DNA of 63,197 nt, filler included, from Nemertoderma westbladi (taxonomy: Eukaryota; Animalia; Xenacoelomorpha): NCBI GenBank assembly GCA_032718475.1. It is 3 parts of 3 records of this genome, joined end to end, with 100 filler letters (N's around TTAATTAATTAA, not from the genome) between each part and the next. Parts side by side here need not be neighbours in the genome. Positions count along the whole stretch, not along the records: positions 1 to 31,670 come from JAUCBJ010006016.1; positions 31,771 to 56,809 come from JAUCBJ010001448.1; 1 more part is not named here. The stretch is one strand, 5' to 3'. Every line of letters starts with the position of its first letter. Position 1 is the first letter of the stretch. The notes beneath the pieces were generated by a model. That model did not search any database. It was not told the origin of the DNA and was given only the letters and a program-made list of their open reading frames with translations. A program made the translations under genes and the position numbers. Shown here piece by piece: positions 26,701-37,075 of the stretch.

Positions 26701-29700
26701 ATTATGGTTAATGATTATTTGCCATCTAATGAATGGCTTTGGGAGGACAGTGTTATAACTTCCTTTCCAACAAAATATCTAATAAAGCCCGGCGGGGAAC
26801 CGGAGATGTTTAGCACTCTTACATGCGCCGTTACATTACGCAGAGACCCTCATTTCCACTTCCAGACAACAATTTTTCCATCTGTTGTTATCAGTATCAT
26901 CATCCCCATCGTATTTATCATTCCACACGAACAAGGCGATCGCATCAGCCTCGTTTCCGCACTTTTCTCCGCCCAACTTCTCAATCTGGTTGTGGTGCAG
27001 GATTACCTCCCGCCTTCGGGAAAGACCCTACCTATACTTTGTCAGCTGTATTTCCTTAATGTTTTAATTACATTGGCCACCGTGATCATGTGCGTGATTC
27101 TCTCTCAACTGCGTTCTTCTGTTAAGAAGAAAACATCAGAATGTGCTCCTTCATGTGACACTTCTATTGAAAATGTTCCTAGAGAAAAAACTCAAGACGA
27201 AAGCCCCCCTGCAAATATTATTACCTCGGTAAAATGGTATAAGAGCCAACATATTATGAAAAAGGTTCTAAATTATGCCGATATAGTTATGTTTCTCATG
27301 ATGGTAATCATTGCGTTGTTCAACAACTTTTACGTGGTTCATGAATTTTCCAATGGAAAGAATAGTCGAGAAATAATGGAAGACTTTCTCCGGACATATG
27401 GTACTGGATCCACCATTTACGATGTCTCTTACTAAGACAAGGCATAGATTATTTGGAAATATGGAAACTCATACTCGTTTTACACAATGTAGACCTATAT
27501 TATGTAAACTCGTAAACTGTAAAAAACTGTGAAATAGTTTATATTATTATTACTACTACAACAATGTAGTATGAGAAAGAATATAAGCTAAAACCCTTAC
27601 TGGTGTTGTAGGTAAATAGGCAACAGCCTGTAGGTGTAAAGACGAAAAACGGATAGTCACCAAAATGTTTAATTCATTTATTGATCAACCCCACCAATCT
27701 GTATTTGATCAGATAGCTTCTCCTCTTGTGAACTTCTCTCTTGCTACCATAATTACAGTAGTAGAGTATCTTAGCGATATAAAAAGGTCAAATTGTGATA
27801 AAAGTTTCAAACCAAATTTATTGTAAGTACGGTTGGGTATATAGATGACAAAAATACCATGCTCCAAAAAATCTGACCGTATATTAATTAATACTTTAAA
27901 TTTCGTGTTTCTTTCTTAGCAACATGGATTTTATATAGCAACAAGGTAACTGGTAAATAGACCCTATTGGTGAAACTTTTCCCAAATATTTTGAAGACAA
28001 ACTTTAGTCCAATGACCATCGACAGTATGCACTACCGCTGTTATACCACATTGATAGTTTCCATGAGCAAATTATATTTGTCAAATTATTTAGTCAGTTT
28101 ATTATCTACAACTTCTCGACTAAACGATGGAATTTAACCCAGCCCAACAGATTTGTCGACCTCAAAAACCCTTGTTCACAAAAAATTGACTTATTATATC
28201 ATAAACTGATGCGGATTTTAATTTAAACTTAATTAAAACAAATAAATAAATTATCAATTCAGCACTCACAATGATTATTAAGGCAACAATGATCAGCGCA
28301 AATATCTTAAACTTCATAATTTGAAAAAAATCTACTAAAAAACAGCTGACGTTGCGATTTAATCCATAATCATTATCAAAGCAAAAACTAAAAATACCTA
28401 GAAATTAGCGAAAGACAGTAACCGGTACTAAAATATACACATCATGAAGTTTTTGTGCTGTTCACTGCTAATCGGTTACTCAGACATAATTAATTTTTTT
28501 CTGCATCAAGGTTCTGGCTCTACATGTCCTCTTACCAAGTTCTCTCGAAGAAAAACCAGTTGACCGCTGAATGTAAAAACAGTCACTCGTGCTTCGCTAG
28601 CGTAGCCACAAAATATTTAGACAACGTTATTGGACTGATGCAAGGAGAACCTGTGAGTGAAATATCTTAATCCAAGTACTTTCTGTATCCTGTACCGGTA
28701 ATTATATATAATACTAGTAAGTTATTCAATCTATTATTGAGCAGTGCAGTAAAGCTTTTCCAGTCGACAAACTTACTATTACAATCACACACATTATTAC
28801 AGTAAAATTATTTTGTGTACCGGCACCTCATATCAGGCTTGGCACGAGATTTCGGTAAAAATTGTATCTGACTTAACCTTGCCTTAAATTATTTCCCCGT
28901 CTTTTTGAAAAAATTACCTATTTTCGGTATTCAACGGTAGTCATAACAGATTTATTTTATTACCAAAAAAAGTTACATTATAGGCCTATTATTATATGTA
29001 ACCACAATTTCAATGACTTTTGGAGTAGATCTCACACACCATGTCCAGGAATATAGTGTTATTCAGTGATATCAGTAATATTTTTCGCGTGAAAAAATGT
29101 CATTCAGAGATAATTGCCTGAAGTTCTAACCTTCCCGCGCAAAATTGCCTGTATGGGGTCTGGTTGGTTATTAGAGTCTGACAGGAAGGAAGCACGCCAC
29201 CGAGCAAAAATTATATTCAGGGGGTTTTCGGGGTCGCTGATTTCATTTCCGAAGGCAGGTTTAATAGTTGATAGAATCTAGTCTGTCCATCGGTCGGTTG
29301 TCTGTTTGTCTGTCTTACATTTTGACATTCAGATTGCTAGACATATAGAACTAAAAGATATCTCTCTAAGCAGTTTTTAGATTTGAAATCCCCATTAAAT
29401 TCTGCTCTAGATGCACTAAAAAACAATTCTAAAATTTGTGATCATTATATGCGAACACCCCCCCCCCCCCCCCCCAACAATTTAAGGGGGCCCCAAATTG
29501 ATCCGGCCCTGCCCCCCCCCCCCCCCCCCCACCCTCCATCCCCAAACTTTTCCACGAAAAATAATGCGATTGTATGAAATTTGCAACATAGTGATTCACC
29601 CCCACCTTCTCAGTGGGTGAGCCAGGATTTTAATTTTTACTTTCATTCTTTCATACTTTAGCTACAAGCGTATCAAAAAGTGTCTCCGGTGATATTTCAC

Positions 29701-31187
29701 CAATTACACTGTTTCACCAATCTCACCAATTTGCAAGGATTCCAAATATGTCGAATTTGGGTGGGAAATAGCTGAATGGGCAATCGAAAGTTGCTTGTAT
29801 TTTCCGGTCATTTATTATATTTAATTAATTCACCATATTCTGGAACATTTTGTTTACCTCGTAAGTAGCTGGGCGACAATGTAATTAATCCCTCGTTCGT
29901 AGATATTCATGCATTCTCAAAATGTTCTAGAACATGGTGTATTTATCAAATAGAATAAACGGCCAAATAAGTTTGAAGAATAACTGCGGTAAAACTGGTT
30001 AAATCTCGCCTGAGATACTTTTTTTAAACGCTTGTACCTAAAGATTGAAAGCAAAATATAATTATAACTTCCACTAAAGAGGAGGCAAGTGGAGCTATCT
30101 AAATTTCAAATGAATTTCAATTTCAAAATAAATTTCAAATTTCAAATGTCACTGAATTACGACACTGTATTCCAGGACTATAATATTCCAGGACATGGTG
30201 TAGGTGTAGTTTATGTTGACCTATTACGGATGTAAGGAAATTAAAGACGAGCAAAGCGAGCCAACTTGTTAAATTTTTACATAAATTTCCTGAAATTTAA
30301 GCCAGGGGGGGGGGGGGGGGTGGGAAACTGGACGCAATAAAAATTCAAGTTGCTTACTCTCAAAGGCTGATTACTCTCAAAAATAAAACTGTAACCTGTT
30401 CTATTGTGTTTAGTTTATTGTTTTGGTTAAAATAACGTGCCACTGTAACCTGCTCCTTTCCCTAAATTTAGAATTTAACATTGAGGCGGGATATTAATTC
30501 GCCAAGATGGGATTTGCGTCCAGTCCCCCCCCCCCCCCTCATGATGTTCGATGAGTCTTTCAATAAGAATAACCTGTATTCATATTCATATTCCTATATT
30601 TATAATATAAATTAGCGTTGATAAATTTAGAAAACGAAAACAAAGATAATAGAAGATTACCCGGGCTACAGATTACGATTGACATGCCCAAGTGGGTAAG
30701 TCCGGAAGATAAAATTATTCTACTTCCTTAATTCAGAAATATTAAAGGGTTAAAATCATTTACTCACTTTAGATGGCCAGGAGGAATTCTACCAAGGGGG
30801 TGGGGTTACTGACTTTAGATGGCCAGGAGGAATTCTACCACAGGGGGTGGGGTTACTGACTTTAGATGGCCAGGAGGAATTCTACCACAGGGGGTGGGGG
30901 TTCTACCATGAATCTACTTGGCCTAACAGACATAGCCGGCCTACCACACGGTACAACGCCTGGGCAAATAGTAATGGTAGAAAGGCACGGTGACATACTG
31001 TAACATACGATATCCCACCCGTTCCAGATACGGCGCTTACGATGGCAGGTGTATCAGCTGTCCCGAAGGTCACTTCAGCCCCGATGTGGACGGAGTTTGT
31101 TATAAATGCAACAAATCCAGTTACCAGGACAACGCCGGGTCAGTGGAATGCAAAACCTGCGCTAAGGTGAGAAACTATGCATCGTAA
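8775..31187 (+). CDS. Multi-exon secreted protein with Ig-like, LamG/pentraxin-like and C-terminal Cys-rich (ZPBP/Sp38-like, Ephrin_rec-like) modules; exon chain only partly resolved
   Basis: Signal-peptide-like exon 8775-8978. Phase-compatible exons: ..10547, 18228-18402, 18764-19444 (TLYIESVTHDNYGVYTCVV, Ig), 20359.. (WINLVMTW..VYIDG..IDNVVTWE.VLSAEEI, LamG), ~21560-21760 + 22077.. (LRFRSIEAKDSG|IYICEV, Ig), 22791-22909, 28511-28652, 31028.. (CISCPEGHFSP..CYKCNKSSYQDNAGSVECKTC). That all belong to one gene is inferred. Confidence 0.6.
9640..9997. repeat. 21-bp tandem repeat TTGTGTGCACAAGATACTAAG (~17 near-identical copies)
   Basis: Directly visible; contains the palindrome TGTGCACA. The ORFs across it are repeat artefacts. 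Confidence 0.97.
10546..11596. repeat. 35-bp minisatellite GAGGTGAGTCATACTGTCTATAGTCCGACATGTTA, left part
   Basis: ~30 copies, some with 31-bp deletion variants; starts at a splice donor. Confidence 0.95.
11597..17617. repeat. 6-kb G-rich satellite of interspersed 43-bp and 25-bp units
   Basis: Units GTGGTGAGGCGAGGGTGTTGGTTGAGGGGTAGTTGATGGGTAG and GTGGTGTGGGGTAGTTGATGGGTAG; extreme G/C strand skew. Confidence 0.97.
17618..18139. repeat. 35-bp minisatellite, right part
   Basis: Same unit as 10546-11596 resumes (~15 copies). Confidence 0.95.
18440..18668. mobile_element. MITE with (G)n-ACTGGACGCAA-type TIRs
   Basis: Poly-G/poly-C ends with inverted GACGCAA/TTGCGTC; near-identical inverted copy at 30305-30538. 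Confidence 0.75.
19736..19821 (-). tRNA. trnY-GTA: tRNA-Tyr(GTA) with 13-nt intron
   Basis: Minus strand reads CCTTCGATAGCTCAGTTGGTAGAGCGGTGGACTGTAG[TGCAATAATTGTA]ATCCATAGGTCACTGGTTCGAATCCGGTTCGAAGGA; T-run terminator downstream. Confidence 0.96.
23135..24720 (-). mobile_element. Decayed RTE-clade LINE (APE endonuclease + N-terminal RT), frameshifted and 3'-truncated
   Basis: DIICIQEHR, GGVGILLS, ICCYSPT, IAGDLN, LDYILINKKWRNS, NKASGLDEIPAEVWK, PLPKKGDL spread over three frames. Confidence 0.85.
26125..27435 (+). CDS. Pentameric ligand-gated ion channel subunit (nAChR-like, Cys-less), intronless, 436 aa
   Basis: Signal peptide; LFANY..TRP; WEDEILQWDPDDYLGI; IWTPQIVL; YFPHDIQ; LRRDP; M1-GDRISL-M2; YLPPSG..LPIL M3; M4. 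Confidence 0.9.
   Translation: MISIITLLSVISVCSCGKLINDTRTIMRATKELNDKLFANYFPQTRPIYNQNEVIDVQITFTLSHIADIDIVHSTMVFSAWVVAFWEDEILQWDPDDYLGIKLLTVSPEKIWTPQIVLLGMLEVRTGDVVNYITIESTGEIKWHQRWNMKSIQNLMATYFPHDIQLVTFNISSCTYNDSFVHLIWSEELMFSIMVNDYLPSNEWLWEDSVITSFPTKYLIKPGGEPEMFSTLTCAVTLRRDPHFHFQTTIFPSVVISIIIPIVFIIPHEQGDRISLVSALFSAQLLNLVVVQDYLPPSGKTLPILCQLYFLNVLITLATVIMCVILSQLRSSVKKKTSECAPSCDTSIENVPREKTQDESPPANIITSVKWYKSQHIMKKVLNYADIVMFLMMVIIALFNNFYVVHEFSNGKNSREIMEDFLRTYGTGSTIYDVSY
27830..28255. repeat. Dispersed repeat related to the interior of the MITE at 34730-35727
   Basis: Shares blocks TTTCTT..CTTAGCAACATGGATTT, AGACAAACTTTA and TCGACCTCAAAAACC with 34880-35240. Confidence 0.7.
29037..30200. mobile_element. 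Non-autonomous TIR element (Tc1/mariner-like MITE)
   Basis: CACCATGTCCAGGAATA ... TATTCCAGGACATGGTG|TA; additional inner inverted repeats at ~29657 and ~30012-30043. Confidence 0.6.
30305..30538. mobile_element. MITE, inverted copy of 18440-18668
   Basis: Reverse-complement identity over ~200 bp. Confidence 0.75.
30767..30908. repeat. ~47-bp tandem repeat, 3 copies
   Basis: CTTTAGATGGCCAGGAGGAATTCTACCACAGGGGGTGGGGTTACTGA repeated. Confidence 0.85.
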
Positions 31188-31809
31188 CTTGCAGACAAAG
31201 TGTTCTACAAAATGATCTACTTTAAAAATTATCAATCGCGCCATAATGAAATAAAACTCAATACTCGTATATAATAAACACCCCACTGAAGTACCGAACC
31301 TATTCAATCACCGCAAAGGGAAATTATATTGCATTATATTATCCTTATCATACTGTAGGTCATTTTAATATCAATAAAATATCCTTAAACTGCTATAATG
31401 GGACGCGCAAGACTCTCCGCTTTCAATTTATATAAGCGACTTGTGAATGATTGAGATTTAATGTCTATTTGAATCGATCGAAAATATCTATCCATAGAAA
31501 CCAAGATAAGAAATTATCAGAGTGTTAGCGTATTCAATTCCGCTAGCCAGCCCCATAAAGTGAGCTTTAAGCAATATTGGGAACACGAGGTTGATACCCA
31601 ATATCAACCTCGTATCACCCCAATAAAGTGGGGACAAGAAAACCCCAGAGGACATACGCACAACAGGGGTNNNNNNNNNNNNNNNNNNNNNNNNNNNNNN
31701 NNNNNNNNNNNNNNTTAATTAATTAANNNNNNNNNNNNNNNNNNNNNNNNNNNNNNNNNNNNNNNNNNNNCGAAGCCCATCGACAGCTTACCTAATTATT
31801 AATTAAGAA

Positions 31810-34800
31810 TTATTTTCCTAATTGCGAATGTTGTGAGGGTATGTGGCTGGGCCCGCATCCTTTCCCAGCCTCGGCGTCTGCGACCACCTCAACCACGGCG
31901 TCCAACACCAACCGGTCACGAGTCGACTGACGTCGGGCCGTCGACGGATCCGCGATGCACCGCCGGAGGACGGAGTCCAACTCGGAGCGTAACGCGCGGA
32001 CCAACGCTAAGGTATCGGAGCGACAGCGGATCGGTAAAGCCGCCAGAGTCCGTCGCCAAGGGGAGGAGTCTGGGGGGAGGGAACCGGAGGGGTCTGGGGG
32101 GAGGGAACCGGAGGGGTCTGGGGGGAGGAAACCGGAGGGGTCTGGGGGGAGGAAACCGGAGGGGTCTGGGGGGAGGGAACCGGAGGGGTCTGGGGGGAGG
32201 AAACCGGAGGGGTCTGGGGGGAGAAAACCGGAGGAGTCCGCATGGAGAGCACCGGAGGAGTCCGCATGGAGAGCACCGGAGGAGTCGATAGAAAAGGAAC
32301 TGGAGGAGTCAGTAGGAAGAGAAATCATACCTTGGAGGCTACCCGGTCGGTTAACATACGCCATCTCGTGGCCATCTGAGGAACCTGAGGTTAATTCTCC
32401 CCCGAAGAAAAGTAAAGTATAAGGGGAAACCATGGTAGCGTCGAATAAACAAATACCCCCGGTTGTTTTGAGTTTCTCAAAATAAACAAAATAATCGAAT
32501 GGGAATTCCTTGGAATGAGAGACGACGCACTTCGAGTGGAATTCCACGCGGCCCTGCTCGGTTACTATAGATACCCGTTTACCGCGGCGGGTGGCGACGG
32601 CCACTGAGGGGTAGAGACCGGCGCAGACGAGCGATTTAATGAGGGCGACGTTGTCGGAGTTCCGGTTGCCGTCGACCGAGTCGTAAAGGAACCCGGAAGC
32701 GGCGAGGTAGTCCCGGAACTGGGACCGCATGTCCCGGACCATCTCGAGAGTTCGACGGGACAGGAAGTAGTCCCAACAGTAGGACTCCGCCGCGCGGGGA
32801 CTAACTCTCAAGGCTTCTTCCCAACCTGTAAGAAAGTTAATTTAGTTATATGTAACATTCTACATCAATTCAACATTAATGATAACATAAAATGTTGTCT
32901 GATTTATAACCCCAGCTGCCTGACATTAAAATTAATTCAATTAGATTTGAATTTAATTAATCAGGACTATAAAACGTATCTAGTAAGTTCTAATCACGGC
33001 CTTCTTATTAAGCAGAAACGCTATAGTCAAGTAACTTGCGGTCACTTTATCTGTACCTTGGGGTACCAATGTAGAAACTTTCGACATAAGAAGCTGAAAC
33101 TCGAGTTGAAACTTAGTTAAACATCAATATCCAAAAGGTCAAAAGGACCAGACTTTGAGACATCATTATTTCAACATATTTCCGCTAGAGGGCTAGAAGT
33201 ATAAAAATTAATCGTCCTTCCATCCGATTTCCTTCATTTTGACACACACCAGGTGCAACCTAGGAGATATCGACTACACCAAAGGATGCTCAGTTATCCA
33301 GTCTGCCGCTAGAGGGCAAAATGTCTGAAAGTGAAAACCTTCGCCCATATCGTGGTTTACAACGCTTCCGAGTTGATTTTTTTTCCCCAAATATGTACTT
33401 AACAACTTGATCAGACAAAAGTTCTCGCAAAGATCTTCCATTTATAACATCATAAATAAATATTTACCCAAGTATTTAGCTTAGCTGTACAGGATTATAA
33501 ATTAATAGATGTGAGAGAAATCTTTAACTTACAGGCATTTACGGCCGACCAACTAACACCCACACCCACCTTACTCAACATTAATGTACTCAGGCAACTT
33601 ATCAGCGCAGTGTGTATCTGTGTACCGGGCTACAATACCCACACACACATAATATTATAAACCACATATTAATTAAATTAATTAATTAATACTATAGCAG
33701 CCACCATGGAGTGAGGAATCGATATATTTATTAGTGGGATGTAGGTAGATTCTGTTCGTGTTATTGTTCTAGAACAATAATAAAAACAAAACGGCAAAAA
33801 CGACTCATGATATATCAATGTGACGGTTCTTCATTTAATACAGATTTAATCGGTAAAATAAAAGTATTTTACGAATGAAACTATAGTAAAGGGTTACATT
33901 AAACCCAAAACTTCCCAGGAAAGTTTTATATATTTAGAAAGCAAACCTTGGTAGGCGAATAGGATGGTCATATGGTCACTCATAGTCCCGCGAGAGAGGG
34001 ACAACCGAGCTCTATTCACTTCCTGCTCCTTCCCCAAAGGGACGATAAACGGATCCTTGAAGCCGAGACTGGCCGCGATCGTAAGAATCGGGTCGACGCA
34101 ACGGAAGATCGAAGCGAGGACGATCATCTTCCCGATCCGAGGAGACACGGGTATACGGGCGAGGTGCTGTCCCAACGGGGTCAACGACCTCGGACCGTCG
34201 GCGTCCAACCGCAGCGCTCCCATGGCAACCAGATTACCCACGCCCACGGTGATGGCCTGCCGACTGGGGGGGTCGATGGCCTTTGCGAGAAAGTCCTCGA
34301 CCCGGCCCAGCTCGAGGAGATGAATCTTTAGAATGAGCTCCTCTAGAGGCGTCCGCAGTATCTCTGGGGTATCGTGTTCATCCATAATGTTGCAACGAAA
34401 CTGAAAGTATTTAAAGCGAAACAAAATTAAACACGGCAACCGTTCTGCGATATAATCAATAAGTTACTGAACTAGTTATTGAAATTGTAGTATCGCATCG
34501 GTATATCTATTTCAGATAGTGGCTCAAATTAACCGCAAGTGAATAACCTTTAATATTATAAATTTATTAAATTAATTTATTAAACCCACTAAACACATAC
34601 CAGTGAAGTGGCTTAGAGAAAAAATCACATAATCGAATAGATTTTGCGAGTTACTATCTAGCGAGTTATATAGGGTATATATAGATGACGTATAGACATC
34701 CCAAGCTCCAAAAAATATTTATGGGTTAACAGGCGAGTCAATCTAGCCGAAAAAGGGTGTCAACCCATAACAAATTCGCTATTCATCCATACCAATTTTT

Positions 34801-37044
34801 TTTTATTCTACATTACCTTGTTAATACCCCCAAAAAAGTCTATAAAAATATATTATGCGGATCACCTTCAATTTCCTGTTTCTTTCCTTAGCAACATGGA
34901 TTTGACATAGCAACAAGGGGTCTATTATTGGTGGGATTTTCTCCAAATTTGGTACAGACAAACTTTACTCTAATGACTATCGATTGACTGAAGTATGCAC
35001 TTCTATATAGTTACCAATTTAGTTTCCAGAGCAACGGAAATTTGTCTAATAATTTAACCATTTTTAATACCAATTTTGCTGGTACGATATAAGGACCTTA
35101 TTTACACAACTTCTCTACTAAACGGGTGGATGTAACCTCGCCCATCGGATTTATCGACCTCAAAAACCTTTATCCCCAAAAAATTATTTGTTATATGATA
35201 AACTATTGTGGTTTTCAAACTAAAACAAATAAATAAATTACACCTAAATTCAATAGAGCAATAACAATTTAATTATGTGAAAAATCTTCACTAACATTAA
35301 TGGAAATTATGAAATTTCCTTGCAGTGGAATTGTATAATTTAACAACAGTTACCTTAATATATCGTGAAGTTTTTGATATATTTAAAAATTTGATGCGAC
35401 TTCTGGTTTGTTTCCGAGATATAGCAATTAATGTGTAACACGCCAGTGTAAATATTACTGATTTCCCATTGAATCACAGCTTATTGTGAAATTAATTAAA
35501 TTATTCTGGAACATCACCAATTTGCTACTTACTTTTCCCTACTGTTCCTTTTGTTTAGCTTGTGTTATGCAAATTTACGCAGAATTTCCATGAATAAACA
35601 TATGATCCGCAAAATAAATTTTTATAGACTTTTTTTTGGTAATTTATAAGGTAATATAGAATCCAAAATGTGTGGTTCGGATTGATTGCGAAATACTTAT
35701 GGGTTTTTTGCTAGATTGACTCGACTATAAGATATTTGTGGCAGGAAGTTCTAGAAATTGGCGACATAATACGAAATAGTTATGTTCTAGAATAATCTCG
35801 CAATGATTCAATGCGAAAGGAATACAATTTACACTGACCCGTCGCACATTAATTGTTTTATCTCGGTAACTTAAAAATAATAAGAATATATAATAATTAT
35901 GGTAACTTATACATTTGCACTGCACTGCAATGTGATAATATAATGTATTATTATATTTTTATTCAATTATATTGTATTCTATAACCCAACCACAAGCTGC
36001 TAATAACCAAGCCGTTATGGGTAAAGGTATGTGGAGAATTTGGAACAAATTACAATATAATTACTGCCTAATATCTTGTGAATCTAATACACCAACCTTA
36101 GAGTAGAGATGATAACACTCCCCAGGTTGCACCCTTCCCGCTCTCCCTTCTCGTTGCAGGGAGCTAGCCACGCTCACCCACTGCGGTTTCAGAGTGGCGA
36201 CATCGTTATCGATATCGTAATCGGTGAACTTGTTGAAGCCGCTGTCAACAACATACACGACATCCTCTATTGTTATGGACGTCTCTGCAATATTCGTTGC
36301 TATGACAATCTTACGAGTCCCGTTTGGAGGCCTAGGAGATGAAATAATGTTTACTAAACAAGTTGTTCCTATTGTTTCACAAGAATATAATTACAAGAAT
36401 TGTAGCCGTGGTGTTTAGCCATCATCCTTCCTTGTATACTTCATCAGGGTCATCCGCCAACTCTGGTACCTAAATATCTCTCTTAAACGAACAATCACTG
36501 TATGATGGTACCTAAATATCTCTCTTAAACGAACAATCACTGTATGATGGTACCTAAATATCTCTCTTAAACGAACAATCACTGTATGATGGTACCTAAA
36601 TATCTCTCTTAAACGAACAATCACTGTATGATGGTACCTAAATATCTCTCTTAAACGAACAATCACTGTATGATGGTACCTAAATATCTCTCTTAAACGA
36701 ACAATCACTGTATGATGGTACCTAAATATCTCTCTTAAACGAACAATCACTGTATGATGGTACCTAAGTATCTCTCTTAAACGAACAATCACTGTATGAT
36801 GGTACCTAAATATCTCTCTTAAACGAACAATCACTGTATGATGGTACCTAAATATCTCCCTTACAACTTAACAGACAGAGGGGAAAATTGTTGATCCTAG
36901 TTTATATATTGAAAATATAGCTGTATGCTTGTACCGGTAACCAGTACCTGTATGTATTTAATAACACTAAACGCTATATGGTAAATATAATAATACAAGA
37001 CACCCGGTCGCAACATGCAGACATGCCAGGTCGTATTACAGTAG

Positions 37045-37075
<31 letters not shown>

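Noticed and set aside
31671-31770. TTAATTAATTAA between N runs (also 56810-56909)
   Set aside because: Identical in both gaps; a scaffolding spacer with stops in all frames, not biology.
36464-36862. 42-bp repeat encoding REIFR with TTTAG|GTACC, initially taken for an amplified DHX36 exon end
   Set aside because: The true exon (..NQRAVFER) is at 46969-47072 and splices directly to 36331.
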